Positions 27,101-36,803 of a stretch of DNA of 64,000 nucleotides are shown piece by piece (position 1 is the stretch's first letter; every line of letters starts with the position of its first letter). Source of the DNA: a virus (taxonomy: Duplodnaviria; Caudoviricetes); IMG/VR virus record IMGVR_UViG_3300012953_003264, positions 17,032-81,031 of that record. One strand, 5' to 3'. The notes beneath the pieces were generated by a model that searched no databases, was not told the DNA's origin, and saw only the letters and a program-made list of their open reading frames with translations. The translations under genes and the position numbers were made by a program.

Positions 27101-27309
27101 TATTTAATCTTCTTTTTAATTTGTTTTATTAGTTTATCTTTTGTTAGTCGTCTATCTAATTCAACACCAACTTTTCTTCCTAATCTTTCTAATTCTTTTT
27201 TAGTTTTCTTTTCTAAACCTTTTACATCAATCTCATCTTTCTTTTTTAAGACTAATGGTTTCATATAAGGTTTTACAATCCAACTTTTAATTTTTTTCCA
27301 AATATGCAT
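27100..27309 (-). CDS. Small basic protein, Rho-N/HeH-like
   Basis: TKKELERLGRKVGVELDRRLTKDKLIKQI helix-extension-helix pattern. Confidence 0.45.
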   Translation of the reverse strand: MHIWKKIKSWIVKPYMKPLVLKKKDEIDVKGLEKKTKKELERLGRKVGVELDRRLTKDKLIKQIKKKIK

Positions 27310-29018
27310 TAATAGGATCCTCCGTCAATACCTGTAACAGTTACATCTCCACTTGTTACAGTAAAATTATCTGAAGCAAATTTAGCCACACCAATGTTTG
27401 ATGTACTTGCTAATTCACCTTCAATTCTTAAAGTGTTACCACTTGCTACAGTATTAATACCTTCGCCTGTAATAAACTCCATAGGATTTCCTATCTCAAC
27501 TGTTCCTTGAGTTGAACTTTCGTCTGCGAATATAAAGTTTTCAATTTTTGCTCCGTCAATGCTTCCCGCCAACATTGAATTTGTAATACCTAATGCTTTA
27601 ACTCTTAATGCGTCTGAATTGACCTCAATAGATGAATCGTCAACCTCTGTATTTAAAGTATTTCCTGTTTTTGATAAAGCTGCACCAGCTACTACTTGCC
27701 CAGCACCACTAAATTGTGCTACATCCAAAGCGGTCGTTCCGAAAGTAGGATTGCCTGTGTGAGTGAAAACATATCCGTTATCACCATTTGCCGTACCTTC
27801 TTCTACGAATACGAAAGCGCCACCTGATAATTCGGCAGGTTGGTCTTCCGGAGTTGCTCTCGTTAATACCCAATTTGCTGAACCTGAACCTATAGTTGTT
27901 ACAACATAGATACCGTTTTGAGCGGCTGTTGTTTGGTCCTTAACTAGAACTCTATCACTTGCTGATAAAGTTACTCCGTCAATTGCAATTGCAGCTTGAG
28001 AGCCTGAATTGGTTAATGTAGCACCTACACCGGCTGTGCCGTTATTGTAGGTTGCTGATAAGTTGGCCGTTGTTGCAACTCTTGTTGATGGTTTAGTATC
28101 TAAACCTTGAGCAACTTGGTCAACATATGCCTTGTTAGCTAATGATTGTGTTGTAAATCCTGCTCTATCTTCGTAACCTGAAGGAACTATTACCGTGCCT
28201 GTGCCGTGTGGCGATAAATTTATATCCTTGTTACTAGCAGTTGTTGAGATTGTTTGAGCATTAATAGTAATATCATCAACAACTAAAGAAGTTAATCCTG
28301 CGATATCAGTTGTAGTTGCGCCTAATGTTAATACTGAAGAACCTAATGTAGTTGTAGGATTTGCTAGATTAGCATTTGAGATAGCTGCACTACCTGATAA
28401 GTTTGCATTTGTTAAAGATGTTGCCGTTACAGTTACAGTATTGTCTGTTACTGTTTGAACTAAACCAGCACCACCAGCAAATGTTAAAGTTTCAGAGGTA
28501 TTGTAAGTATCTGTACCTACATCACCTGCTAAATCTATGAATTGGTTTACAGTAGCGAAATCTAAATTTCCACCACCATCTGTTTTTAAAAATTGGCCTG
28601 CTGAACCATCTCCACCTGGAAGTGTGAAAGTTACAGTATTTGCCATTGCGTTAGGAGCTTTTAGTCCTACGAAATTTGTACCGTTGTTTGTGCCTTCGTT
28701 GATTTTGATTGTACCGCCGGCACTTGCATTGTTACCGACAATCAACTCGTCTATTGCTTTGTTTGAATCTACTAGAATTGCTGAACCAGCTGTTAGTGTT
28801 CCTGCGACATGGTCTAATAACGCCGTAAAATATTTACCACCGATAATATCTATACTATTTGCGTCACCATTACCATCAACACCACCTGTTCCTAGATATA
28901 ATCTATCTCCGCCGTTACCTTGGGTTCCTGAACCGTAAGTATAGGCAGCTTCAGCAAGTTTCAGCGTACTCGGTGATGTAGTACCTGAACTTCTTTTTAT
29001 TTGAATTATTGTTGCCAT
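27309..29018 (-). CDS. Tail fibre protein
   Basis: MATIIQIKRSSGT, ANKAYVDQVAQGLD, RVLVKDQTTAAQNGIY, FVEEGTANG, IDGGSY. Confidence 0.75.
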   Translation of the reverse strand: MATIIQIKRSSGTTSPSTLKLAEAAYTYGSGTQGNGGDRLYLGTGGVDGNGDANSIDIIGGKYFTALLDHVAGTLTAGSAILVDSNKAIDELIVGNNASAGGTIKINEGTNNGTNFVGLKAPNAMANTVTFTLPGGDGSAGQFLKTDGGGNLDFATVNQFIDLAGDVGTDTYNTSETLTFAGGAGLVQTVTDNTVTVTATSLTNANLSGSAAISNANLANPTTTLGSSVLTLGATTTDIAGLTSLVVDDITINAQTISTTASNKDINLSPHGTGTVIVPSGYEDRAGFTTQSLANKAYVDQVAQGLDTKPSTRVATTANLSATYNNGTAGVGATLTNSGSQAAIAIDGVTLSASDRVLVKDQTTAAQNGIYVVTTIGSGSANWVLTRATPEDQPAELSGGAFVFVEEGTANGDNGYVFTHTGNPTFGTTALDVAQFSGAGQVVAGAALSKTGNTLNTEVDDSSIEVNSDALRVKALGITNSMLAGSIDGAKIENFIFADESSTQGTVEIGNPMEFITGEGINTVASGNTLRIEGELASTSNIGVAKFASDNFTVTSGDVTVTGIDGGSY

Positions 29019-29021
29019 TTA

Positions 29022-29270
29022 TTAAAAACTCCCACAATTAAATAACAGCGTACCAGTTGATGTTATAATTTCTGTTCTTGTAACAAATTTACCATCACTT
29101 GACCTATACTGTAATAAAGCACCATCATCTAAAGTAGTTGTATCAACATCACCTAATAGTTTCAACTGTAAAGCACTATTAGAAGCTGCTTGAGCTGAGG
29201 GCAATGTTACTGATACTTTTTCTGGTCCCGCTGATGTATTAACATTTATTTTTGCTGTAATATCAGGCAT
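29022..29270 (-). CDS. Small virion-associated protein
   Basis: LKLLGDVD...DGALLQY fibre motif; C-terminal NCGSF. Confidence 0.55.
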   Translation of the reverse strand: MPDITAKINVNTSAGPEKVSVTLPSAQAASNSALQLKLLGDVDTTTLDDGALLQYRSSDGKFVTRTEIITSTGTLLFNCGSF

Positions 29271-29288
29271 TCTGCTCTCCCTCTCGTA

Positions 29289-29296
29289 TATTTATA
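29289..29296 (-). promoter_or_regulatory. T4-type late promoter TATAAATA
   Basis: tatttata in 30-nt gap followed by GAGGGGAG RBS. Confidence 0.65.
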
Positions 29297-29300
29297 AGAT

Positions 29301-29642
29301 TTATGTCGTTACATTGGGTCTGACATTTACAACACCCTCAATAACCCTTGTAACATTTCCAGTACCAGTCTGTTCAATTTCTAAATCATAGACATATCTA
29401 CCGTCATCTAAAGCTGTGGTCTGCGTGGCTGTAAGTGTCAATGCGACAACACCAGTTGTTGCGTCCCCAGCAATAGTACAAGTAAAATTGGTTCTTGTTC
29501 TAGTTGAGCTATAACCTTTTGCCATTTTAGCTCTTGCTGTATAACCTGTGAGGTTAAATGCGTTTCCGTTAGCGTCTTTAACGGTAACATCTGAACTAAA
29601 TGTAGCACCTTGGTCTATTGTTAAGTTTGCAATGGCAGCCAT
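29301..29642 (-). CDS. Ig-like virion structural protein
   Basis: NLTIDQGATF, NLTGYTA, GRYVYDLEI, RVIEG. Confidence 0.65.
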   Translation of the reverse strand: MAAIANLTIDQGATFSSDVTVKDANGNAFNLTGYTARAKMAKGYSSTRTRTNFTCTIAGDATTGVVALTLTATQTTALDDGRYVYDLEIEQTGTGNVTRVIEGVVNVRPNVTT

Positions 29643-29852
29643 CTATTTTGTCTTAATCTCTTTTTTTGCTTCTTCTTTAAGTAAATCTACTATTTTTTTA
29701 TTAAAGTGTTCAGTTAATACTTCAATCTTTTCTAACTCTAATGTCAATCTAGTTTTGTTAACTTGTAATTCCTGCCTAGAGGTAATATAATTTCTCAATT
29801 CAGGACTAAATTTGGAATCGTCATATTCGGTTCCGTCAATTATTATAGCCAT
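29643..29852 (-). CDS. Small coiled-coil protein
   Basis: 69 aa; IIIDGTEY N-terminus, GGAG RBS. Confidence 0.55.
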   Translation of the reverse strand: MAIIIDGTEYDDSKFSPELRNYITSRQELQVNKTRLTLELEKIEVLTEHFNKKIVDLLKEEAKKEIKTK

Positions 29853-29872
29853 AAAAAATACTCCTTTTAATA

Positions 29873-29893
29873 CTATTTATACACGATAAATAG
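29873..29893. promoter_or_regulatory. Back-to-back late promoters (TATAAATA minus at 29874-29881; GATAAATA plus at 29885-29892)
   Basis: CTATTTAT-ACACG-ATAAATAG inverted repeat in the 45-nt divergent gap. Confidence 0.6.
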
Positions 29894-29897
29894 ATAT

Positions 29898-30635
29898 ATG
29901 GACATTAAAGTTGATTTAGATAAACACAAAAAAGTGAATTTAAACATCAAAGAAATCTTGACCAATAGATTTACAGCAAAATGGTGGTCGGATAAAAAGG
30001 TTGAAGATGAAAAATTACAATATGTTTTAGATTGTGCCTATTTAGCACCATCTAAAAGGAGTGAATATGATTATGAAATATTAGTATTAGGTGATTCTCC
30101 AAAAGCAAAAGAAATTAAAGATTGGTTATATTGGGAAAACAGTTGGTGTTATAAAGGTGAAAGAGCACCTGAAGGTGTTGACGGTACTCCTGATAGAAGA
30201 TATAACGGCCAATGTCAAGCACCTATAGTTTTAGTTTGGCATGGTATTATGGATAAAGTTTCTTATAACAGATTTACACCAAGAATAGATGAACCTGATT
30301 TATGTAGAGATATGGCAATCTCTACTTCAATAGCTATGATGGCAGCTGAAGAAGTAGGTTTACATACAGGTTTACAAAGTTGTTTTGAAGAAGATGAATT
30401 AGGTAAAAGATTAGGCAAAAAAGGATTTTCTTATATGCTTTTAGGTTTAGGTCATATTGATAAGTATGACCACAAAACTATTTTTCCAGACCATGGTCAT
30501 TTTCCAGGAAGATTTGTTTATAAAGATGGTAAACATATGGGTTTTGATTTTGGTAATAATCCTGCTTATGATAAAGAAGTGAATATCAGTAGAAGAGGCA
30601 AGAAGACAAAAGAAGACATCATTAAGTTTATATAA
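29898..30635 (+). CDS. Nitroreductase-family flavoprotein
   Basis: ILTNRFTAKWW, LDCAYLAPSK, QAPIVLV, MMAAEEVGLHTG, LLGLGH. Confidence 0.75.
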   Translation: MDIKVDLDKHKKVNLNIKEILTNRFTAKWWSDKKVEDEKLQYVLDCAYLAPSKRSEYDYEILVLGDSPKAKEIKDWLYWENSWCYKGERAPEGVDGTPDRRYNGQCQAPIVLVWHGIMDKVSYNRFTPRIDEPDLCRDMAISTSIAMMAAEEVGLHTGLQSCFEEDELGKRLGKKGFSYMLLGLGHIDKYDHKTIFPDHGHFPGRFVYKDGKHMGFDFGNNPAYDKEVNISRRGKKTKEDIIKFI

Positions 30636-30638
30636 ATA
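30631..30638 (+). promoter_or_regulatory. T4-type late promoter TATAAATA
   Basis: Overlaps nitroreductase stop, followed by AGGAG RBS and ATG 30658. Confidence 0.65.
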
Positions 30639-30657
30639 GAATTAGGAGTATTATATA

Positions 30658-31365
30658 ATGTCAGATAATGTAATTGTAAAACCAGGTGTAAGTGGTCAAT
30701 CAGTCCAATACGATACATCAAAAGTAAAATTAGAAACTGTAGCAGACGAACTTGCTTTATTAAGTTTAGGTGATTGGGAAGGCCTTAAAGTTAAAGTCAA
30801 TTCCGGTCAGTACAGAAAAGAAATTAAAGAATTAGAAAACGAATGGGTAGATTATCTACCTAGAACCGATAAAGTTAATAATAGAAAAGCTTTATCATTA
30901 ATGAATCTTCCAGGTAAAACTCATAAAGATAATCCTAGTTTAGCACAGGCATGTGTTGAAGCTGATAGATATATTAATGAAGCAGAGTTTAATACACCAA
31001 CTCTAGCATATGAAAAGTTACCTAGTTTACATCCTTTATTAGAATTATTTCCAACTTTAGGTAGAACATTTTTAGTTAAGTGTGGTGTTGGTGGATATTT
31101 TACACCTCATAGAGACCACCCATTTATGCCTAGAGATTCATTTAGAGTAGCAGTATTCTTACAAGATTGTCAACCAATGCAATTTGATTGGATACATGGT
31201 AATGAAAAAATGATGATTGAAGAAGGTAGACCATATTATGTTAATACAAAAAAAGTACATAGAACTATGAGTTGGGCAAAAAATAGTACACACTTAATTA
31301 TTAATGTACCTTTTACATCTGAAAATGTACAAACATTGATTGCAAATTTACAACATGCTCACTAG
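30658..31365 (+). CDS. Aspartyl/asparaginyl beta-hydroxylase-family 2OG-Fe(II) oxygenase
   Basis: GGYFTPHRD (HxD), FRVAVF, YYVNTKKVH, HLIINV. Confidence 0.75.
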   Translation: MSDNVIVKPGVSGQSVQYDTSKVKLETVADELALLSLGDWEGLKVKVNSGQYRKEIKELENEWVDYLPRTDKVNNRKALSLMNLPGKTHKDNPSLAQACVEADRYINEAEFNTPTLAYEKLPSLHPLLELFPTLGRTFLVKCGVGGYFTPHRDHPFMPRDSFRVAVFLQDCQPMQFDWIHGNEKMMIEEGRPYYVNTKKVHRTMSWAKNSTHLIINVPFTSENVQTLIANLQHAH

Positions 31366-32071
31366 ACCTCAAGAAGACAAAGACATAATATTAAACAATT
31401 TAGAAGATACATATTACATAGAAAACTTTGTATCTAAAGATGATATAAACGAGTTATGTGATATTTTTGATAATTCTTCTAATAAAGTTTATAAAGAAAC
31501 AGGACCTGTAACTTCTACAATAAAAGATTTTAAAATACCTGTTATGAGAAAAATAACAGATAAAATTTATAATCTATATCCTAATAGTGAGATTTACCAT
31601 GGTATGTTTTTCAATGTAAACTACCCCCATATTATACACAATGATGATAATAGAGATTGGCCTATAATTTATAAAGCATTTAATATACCTTTAAAATATG
31701 ATGGTGATGAAATGCCTTATTTGTGTTTCTTTGACCAAGTTTATCTTGACGGACCTAGTAAATTTTTTAATGGTGAAACAGATATGAAAACACATTATAA
31801 TACATGTGTCTATGACTACAAAGATGTATTAGGTAAAAATGATGAAGGTATAGAAAGTCATATCAAAGAAAAATATCTCACACATTTAAAAGATGAATGG
31901 TTAAAAGGTTTAAGTTTTAATTCAGCACATCATTGGAAACCAGGCAATACTATTGTATTTGATTCTTGTAGATTACATTGTGCTAGCGATTTTAGAACTA
32001 ATGTAAAAAGTAAATTAGGTATTAGTATATTTACGAAAGTGAGAGTAAATCCTCGGTACCATCCAAAGTAA
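31340..32071 (+). CDS. Putative 2OG-Fe(II) oxygenase (cupin fold)
   Basis: PHIIHNDD, AFNIPL, WKPGNTIVFDSCRLHCAS, KLGISIF. Confidence 0.6.
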   Translation: MQIYNMLTRPQEDKDIILNNLEDTYYIENFVSKDDINELCDIFDNSSNKVYKETGPVTSTIKDFKIPVMRKITDKIYNLYPNSEIYHGMFFNVNYPHIIHNDDNRDWPIIYKAFNIPLKYDGDEMPYLCFFDQVYLDGPSKFFNGETDMKTHYNTCVYDYKDVLGKNDEGIESHIKEKYLTHLKDEWLKGLSFNSAHHWKPGNTIVFDSCRLHCASDFRTNVKSKLGISIFTKVRVNPRYHPK

Positions 32072-32645
32072 ACATTAAAGCAATTCTAGGTGTTTTACTC
32101 ATATTAACTACTGCATGTTGGTAACCAATATTTAAGAAATTAGCAGTACCATCTTTTAAAATATAAGCTTCCATTTCATTATTTCTTTTAAATAAATTTA
32201 CAACATTATCACTACCATATATTGGTACGATACATCTTACTCCGTAGTTTACATCATAATCAACATGAAAAGGTATCATTTTACCAGGTGCTAATTTAGT
32301 TATTCTAACTCTACTAGCAGGTGCCTTACATTGAGTTACAATCTCCTCAAAATAACTGCCTGTATAATCTTCCGTAGGAACTTTATATAAATGTTCTTCT
32401 CTTCTTTTTAGTCTTTCTTTAATGCTTGTAGTATGTGGTAATACTTCACTAGGCGTTGTTAAATTAATTTGTTCAAAATTATCGTAAACACTTTTTACTA
32501 ATTCAGCGTGATTATCGCATAATCCAGGATTTGCTGATTCTACATCTAAAAACTTATCAGCTAACTTATCAGTTTCTTTTCTTAATTTAATTAAGTTAAT
32601 TGTAATAGGTAATGTAGCTACAGTAGGTAGTGTGTGTTTATTCAT
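32031..32645 (-). CDS. Aspartyl/asparaginyl beta-hydroxylase-family oxygenase (start revised to 32645)
   Basis: RVRITKLAPGKMIPFHVD, RCIVPI, FLNIGYQHAVVN, PRIALM; ATG 32645 overlaps upstream stop. Confidence 0.75.
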   Translation of the reverse strand: MNKHTLPTVATLPITINLIKLRKETDKLADKFLDVESANPGLCDNHAELVKSVYDNFEQINLTTPSEVLPHTTSIKERLKRREEHLYKVPTEDYTGSYFEEIVTQCKAPASRVRITKLAPGKMIPFHVDYDVNYGVRCIVPIYGSDNVVNLFKRNNEMEAYILKDGTANFLNIGYQHAVVNMSKTPRIALMFTLDGTEDLLSLS

Positions 32646-33285
32646 TAATTTTGCCATCATGTTTCCTTTCAACTATAAATTCAGATTCAGGCCGCCAATC
32701 ATAATCTCCTTGAAGTCTAATACTATAAACATATTGTAAAGTGTTATTAGTTTTAAACAAGAAATTCTTTTCTAATTGTAAACTATTGTACCATTCTCCT
32801 TTTGTATGTTCTTTAAAACTAGGTACAGTCATAACTTTTCTTCGTTGATATAATTTATTTATAGTAATATTATTAATATCATGTGTAATATAAAGTATCT
32901 TATATCCTTTCTCTCTCGCCCATTTGATTTGATGTTCTCCCATAATCAAACCACAATGGCTAAATCTATAGCCGTCTAGTATATGGTATCTACAAACTCT
33001 AACTGCAATGTCGGGGTCATTTGTATAATGTGATTTTTCAGCAGCTGATATTGATATCAATTTATCATACTTATTTAATTTTTCTCTAACTTTATTATTA
33101 GGTTTTAAATATGTTTCCCACTCTTCAACATATTTGTAACACATCCATGTTTCTATATTAGGGTCTTCGGGGTCGTACTTATCATAACTTAAACTATTGT
33201 TGCCTTCTTTAAAAGTTTGTTTTCTAAAAACTTCTATATTCGGCCAATGAATATTTGGATTATCTGAATATTTTTTTACTTCCAT
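32638..33285 (-). CDS. GNAT-like N-acyl/acetyltransferase
   Basis: RVCRYHILDGYRFSHCGLIM...QIKWAREKGYKILYIT...N...NKLY pattern. Confidence 0.5.
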   Translation of the reverse strand: MEVKKYSDNPNIHWPNIEVFRKQTFKEGNNSLSYDKYDPEDPNIETWMCYKYVEEWETYLKPNNKVREKLNKYDKLISISAAEKSHYTNDPDIAVRVCRYHILDGYRFSHCGLIMGEHQIKWAREKGYKILYITHDINNITINKLYQRRKVMTVPSFKEHTKGEWYNSLQLEKNFLFKTNNTLQYVYSIRLQGDYDWRPESEFIVERKHDGKINE

Positions 33286-33908
33286 TTTTCTAACCAGTTT
33301 TTATAAGATGATAACATTTCATCTTTACTCTTCCATTGTTTAGTTTCTTGTTTCTCAATAGTTACTAAATTACTTTTAAAACTATCTATATAATCAATTT
33401 CATTTCTTATAAAACCAATATTATCTTTATATAGATTATCCCAGCAATCATTTTTTACAATACTTTTTACAACATGACCACCCATTTTTTCTAATAGATG
33501 TTTAGTCATATCAAAGTGTCTACCTCCTGCCTTTTTTGAAGGTGTAAATGTAATTAGTATTATAGGTTTATATGAAAAACCATATGATGTGCCTAGATTA
33601 TTATTCATGTTTGATTTTACAACTAACCAATCCATAGCATTTTTAAATACTGCTGAATAATGACCTGTATGTTCAGGCACAGCAAAAACAAAAACATCTG
33701 TATCATGTAAATCTTTATCAAACTCTTTTATACCTTCATCAACTTTACCATCTACATCATTTGTATCAAGTAACTTCATGTTATAATCATTCATTGATTT
33801 ACATACATGAAAGTTAATATAATCATTCATCATTAATAAACCTCTAGTATTCATACTATCAGGATTATTACTAAAACTAAATGCTGAAATTTTACAAGAC
33901 ATAATCAA
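33276..33908 (-). CDS. NADPH-dependent FMN reductase (flavodoxin-like)
   Basis: DVFVFAVPEHTGHYSAVFKNAMDWL, KPIILITF, GG. Confidence 0.75.
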   Translation of the reverse strand: MIMSCKISAFSFSNNPDSMNTRGLLMMNDYINFHVCKSMNDYNMKLLDTNDVDGKVDEGIKEFDKDLHDTDVFVFAVPEHTGHYSAVFKNAMDWLVVKSNMNNNLGTSYGFSYKPIILITFTPSKKAGGRHFDMTKHLLEKMGGHVVKSIVKNDCWDNLYKDNIGFIRNEIDYIDSFKSNLVTIEKQETKQWKSKDEMLSSYKNWLEKWK

Positions 33909-34773
33909 AATGATTCCTCTCTTTATACCAACATGCCGACCTTAATAACTCTCTAGTTTGGTCTTTTGCTATCGTAGGCCTTCTATGAATAGTTGTTAAC
34001 TGGTCCATTAATAAAATATCACCAGGTTTCCATTTATGTTTATAAGTGTAGTTATCAGTTATAAAATCTTTATATATTTCATTATACAATTCTTTATGAG
34101 AAAAGTTTAACAAACCTACAAATTCTGTAATTTCATATGGTTGAAAAAATATACCTTCAATACCTAAAGGATGATTTGGTACTAGTTTATGTTTATCTAA
34201 TACACCTCGCCATTCTTTAAATCTTTTATCAATTAAATCAGCTCTACTTTTATTTCTATTTTGTTTTATACCATTCATAACTGTATCAGTATATTTTTTA
34301 TCCCAATCAGGCCTCCATGGTTGATTTATAGGAGTACCACCTGAATGATTTAATTTGGTGTATAAACTTTTATATAACTCTTTAGTTGTTGCACTTAATT
34401 TTCTCATGTAAGGAATACTAGTACATATCCATGTTTCAGTATCATATGTTATTGTTTTACCATACAAACCTATAACTTCTTGAGCGTCAGCGTGAGGTAC
34501 CAAATTACTGTGCCAATCTAATTCATCATCTGCAAATAGACCTTGATTTTCTCCGTCTACCTTTTCGTTTGTTACACGCCAAAAGTATTCACTATGTTCC
34601 TTATCTGTACACCAAATATCAGGACTTATATGATATCCAAATGCAAGATTCCATTTTGCAAATTCTTCAGGACTTGCACCACTATTTTCAATCACCAAAT
34701 ATCCATGTTCAGCAACCATTTTGTTTGCGTCAATAGGGTCTATTGCTTCTAATTTTTTATTTTGTAAAATCAT
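33892..34773 (-). CDS. TauD/TfdA-like dioxygenase with HSN motif
   Basis: HGYLVI, RVTNEK, GLFADDELDWHSN, HKWKPGDILLMDQLTTIHRR, RELLR. Confidence 0.75.
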   Translation of the reverse strand: MILQNKKLEAIDPIDANKMVAEHGYLVIENSGASPEEFAKWNLAFGYHISPDIWCTDKEHSEYFWRVTNEKVDGENQGLFADDELDWHSNLVPHADAQEVIGLYGKTITYDTETWICTSIPYMRKLSATTKELYKSLYTKLNHSGGTPINQPWRPDWDKKYTDTVMNGIKQNRNKSRADLIDKRFKEWRGVLDKHKLVPNHPLGIEGIFFQPYEITEFVGLLNFSHKELYNEIYKDFITDNYTYKHKWKPGDILLMDQLTTIHRRPTIAKDQTRELLRSACWYKERNHFDYVL

Positions 34774-35572
34774 CTTTTGTTATCACATAGTCCTTATATT
34801 TTGTTATACTTCTTTCTAACAATTCATGCCATTTAGGAATATTTAAAGTACCCATTGGCATTAATTGAATTCTTTTTGTAGGGTGGTAACCTGCGTCTGC
34901 GCCATGTTCATGTACCGTACCATCATATGCCATAGCATTTGTTTCTGGTGGTAACATAGGATATATTCTTGTTTGAGCATGGTCTTTTGTAAAATATAAA
35001 TGTTCTTTTTTCCAATCAGTAACTTTACTCCACCTAACTCTTACTTGACTAGGCTCTTGGTGTTTTAAATCTTCTCTTGCTTTGTCGTATTCGTCATAAT
35101 GAGGACCAACTCCGTGTGTATCTCTTCCTACAAATGCCAACCATCTAACATTATCATAAGGCATTGAATCAATAAATTTTATAATATCTGGAAACTCATC
35201 ATGTACAAAATCACACCACTCACCTTTTACATCTCCGTAATATGCACCATTTTTAAATAACATTAATGCTCTGTAATCGTGATTAATATATGTACTATGT
35301 CTTGAACTATTAATATCAGATTTATCCTTATCAAACCATACATGTTTCTTATCATTGATTGTAGTCCATCTTTTCCACATTAAATCTAAATCTAAATTAA
35401 CATATGGCACATCTAAAGGTGTCCAAACAACACCCTTATAACCATGATATTCACTTTTATAATTTACTTTATGGTGTTCATCATGTTCAGGATTATCTCT
35501 AGCAATATATTTTTCAATATTATCACCAGGCAATTTTTCATCTATGTCTTTAACTATTCTGTATCTTGCCAT
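34757..35572 (-). CDS. Putative 2OG-Fe(II) oxygenase
   Basis: GVGPHYDE (HxD), AYDGTVHEHG, KRIQL. Confidence 0.5.
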   Translation of the reverse strand: MARYRIVKDIDEKLPGDNIEKYIARDNPEHDEHHKVNYKSEYHGYKGVVWTPLDVPYVNLDLDLMWKRWTTINDKKHVWFDKDKSDINSSRHSTYINHDYRALMLFKNGAYYGDVKGEWCDFVHDEFPDIIKFIDSMPYDNVRWLAFVGRDTHGVGPHYDEYDKAREDLKHQEPSQVRVRWSKVTDWKKEHLYFTKDHAQTRIYPMLPPETNAMAYDGTVHEHGADAGYHPTKRIQLMPMGTLNIPKWHELLERSITKYKDYVITKDDFTK

Positions 35573-36192
35573 TTTTTATCCCAATCTTCATATAAATGAA
35601 GCCATTTACATATTGTTCTAACATCTGTATGTTCAGTAATTTTATTTTTCTTTTCGTATGGTTCTGATAATACTTTATACATATTTTCAGCACCTTCTTG
35701 TACCCACTCATAATTATCAGGAACACATTTTTCCCAACCGTGATTATATACTATATGTCCATGATGTATTACTTGAAAGTTTTTTAACAATCTTTTTATC
35801 TCGTCTGCATGTCTTCCACCATTCTTGTAACTAGGAGAGAATGTTACACTAAACATTGGCTTATGACTTATACTATAAGGTATATTTAAATCTTTATCGT
35901 AATTACTTTTTACAACTAACCAATCCATGGCATTTTTAAATGTACCACAATAACCTCCCATCATTTCCGCTATAAAAAATATATAAGCGTCAGCGTCAAT
36001 TAAAGCTTTGTCAAATTCTATTACACTATCAGGAACATTGCCGTCTGCCATATTAGTGTCTAATATTGGTATATTAAAATCACCTAGATTAACAACCTTA
36101 TGAAAAGGTATAAATTTATTTAAAAGTTTTATACCTCTTTGTTGCATAGACTTTGGCGAACAACTAAAATTAACTGCAACTATTTTATTCAT
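35554..36192 (-). CDS. NADPH-dependent FMN reductase (paralog of 33276-33908)
   Basis: DAYIFFIAEMMGGYCGTFKNAMDWL, KPMFSVTF. Confidence 0.75.
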   Translation of the reverse strand: MNKIVAVNFSCSPKSMQQRGIKLLNKFIPFHKVVNLGDFNIPILDTNMADGNVPDSVIEFDKALIDADAYIFFIAEMMGGYCGTFKNAMDWLVVKSNYDKDLNIPYSISHKPMFSVTFSPSYKNGGRHADEIKRLLKNFQVIHHGHIVYNHGWEKCVPDNYEWVQEGAENMYKVLSEPYEKKNKITEHTDVRTICKWLHLYEDWDKKWQDTE

Positions 36193-36803
36193 AGTAATTT
36201 AGCCTCTGCAATCAATCGTCTACCACAAAATATCTCTGCGTCAATAATATGTTCTTCCCAAATATCATAATCATCCATATCCTGTGTTATTGTTTTTAAT
36301 TCTAATCTATCATCATAATGTTTTTGTGTATGGTACGGTTCTTGTATGATAGCATTATTACACCAATAAAATTTCATGGTATCTTTAAACAATTTAAAAT
36401 GTTCTTTTTCATATAATAATACACCACTAAAAATTACAACATCAACTCTAAAACCAACTGATTCTAATTTATTCCAATCAGATACTTTATAATCTATATT
36501 TGGTTTATGGCACCATTGGTGCTGTGCAATTTTTATAGGTTCAGGTGAAGTATCAAATCCATAATAATTATAAAACTGATAATTCTTCTCATGTAATATT
36601 TCATTTACTGGACCGTGTCGGCAACCTACATCTACAATACCTTTATATCCGTTTTCAATAATAATGTCTGCCTGTTTTTCAAAGATAGGTTTTGCCTCTT
36701 TTGTATCAAGGTATGACATATCATTCATAGCATACTCTTTTCTCAAAGGCACTTTAAAATCAGATGGCAGTTTAGGCCACGGAATGGATTTTGTTGAAAT
36801 CAC
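36189..36803 (-). CDS. Class I SAM-dependent methyltransferase
   Basis: IVDVGCRHG, YYGFDTS, DVVIFSGVLLY. Confidence 0.75.
   Translation of the reverse strand: MISTKSIPWPKLPSDFKVPLRKEYAMNDMSYLDTKEAKPIFEKQADIIIENGYKGIVDVGCRHGPVNEILHEKNYQFYNYYGFDTSPEPIKIAQHQWCHKPNIDYKVSDWNKLESVGFRVDVVIFSGVLLYEKEHFKLFKDTMKFYWCNNAIIQEPYHTQKHYDDRLELKTITQDMDDYDIWEEHIIDAEIFCGRRLIAEAKLL

Noticed and set aside
20772-29018. Diversity-generating retroelement acting on fibre genes
   Set aside because: No reverse transcriptase and no template/variable repeat pair differing only at adenines was seen
32856-32863. TATAAATA on minus strand inside the GNAT gene
   Set aside because: Intragenic and over 200 nt from the next start. 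In DNA this AT-rich the octamer is expected by chance dozens of times, so only copies close to start codons were accepted
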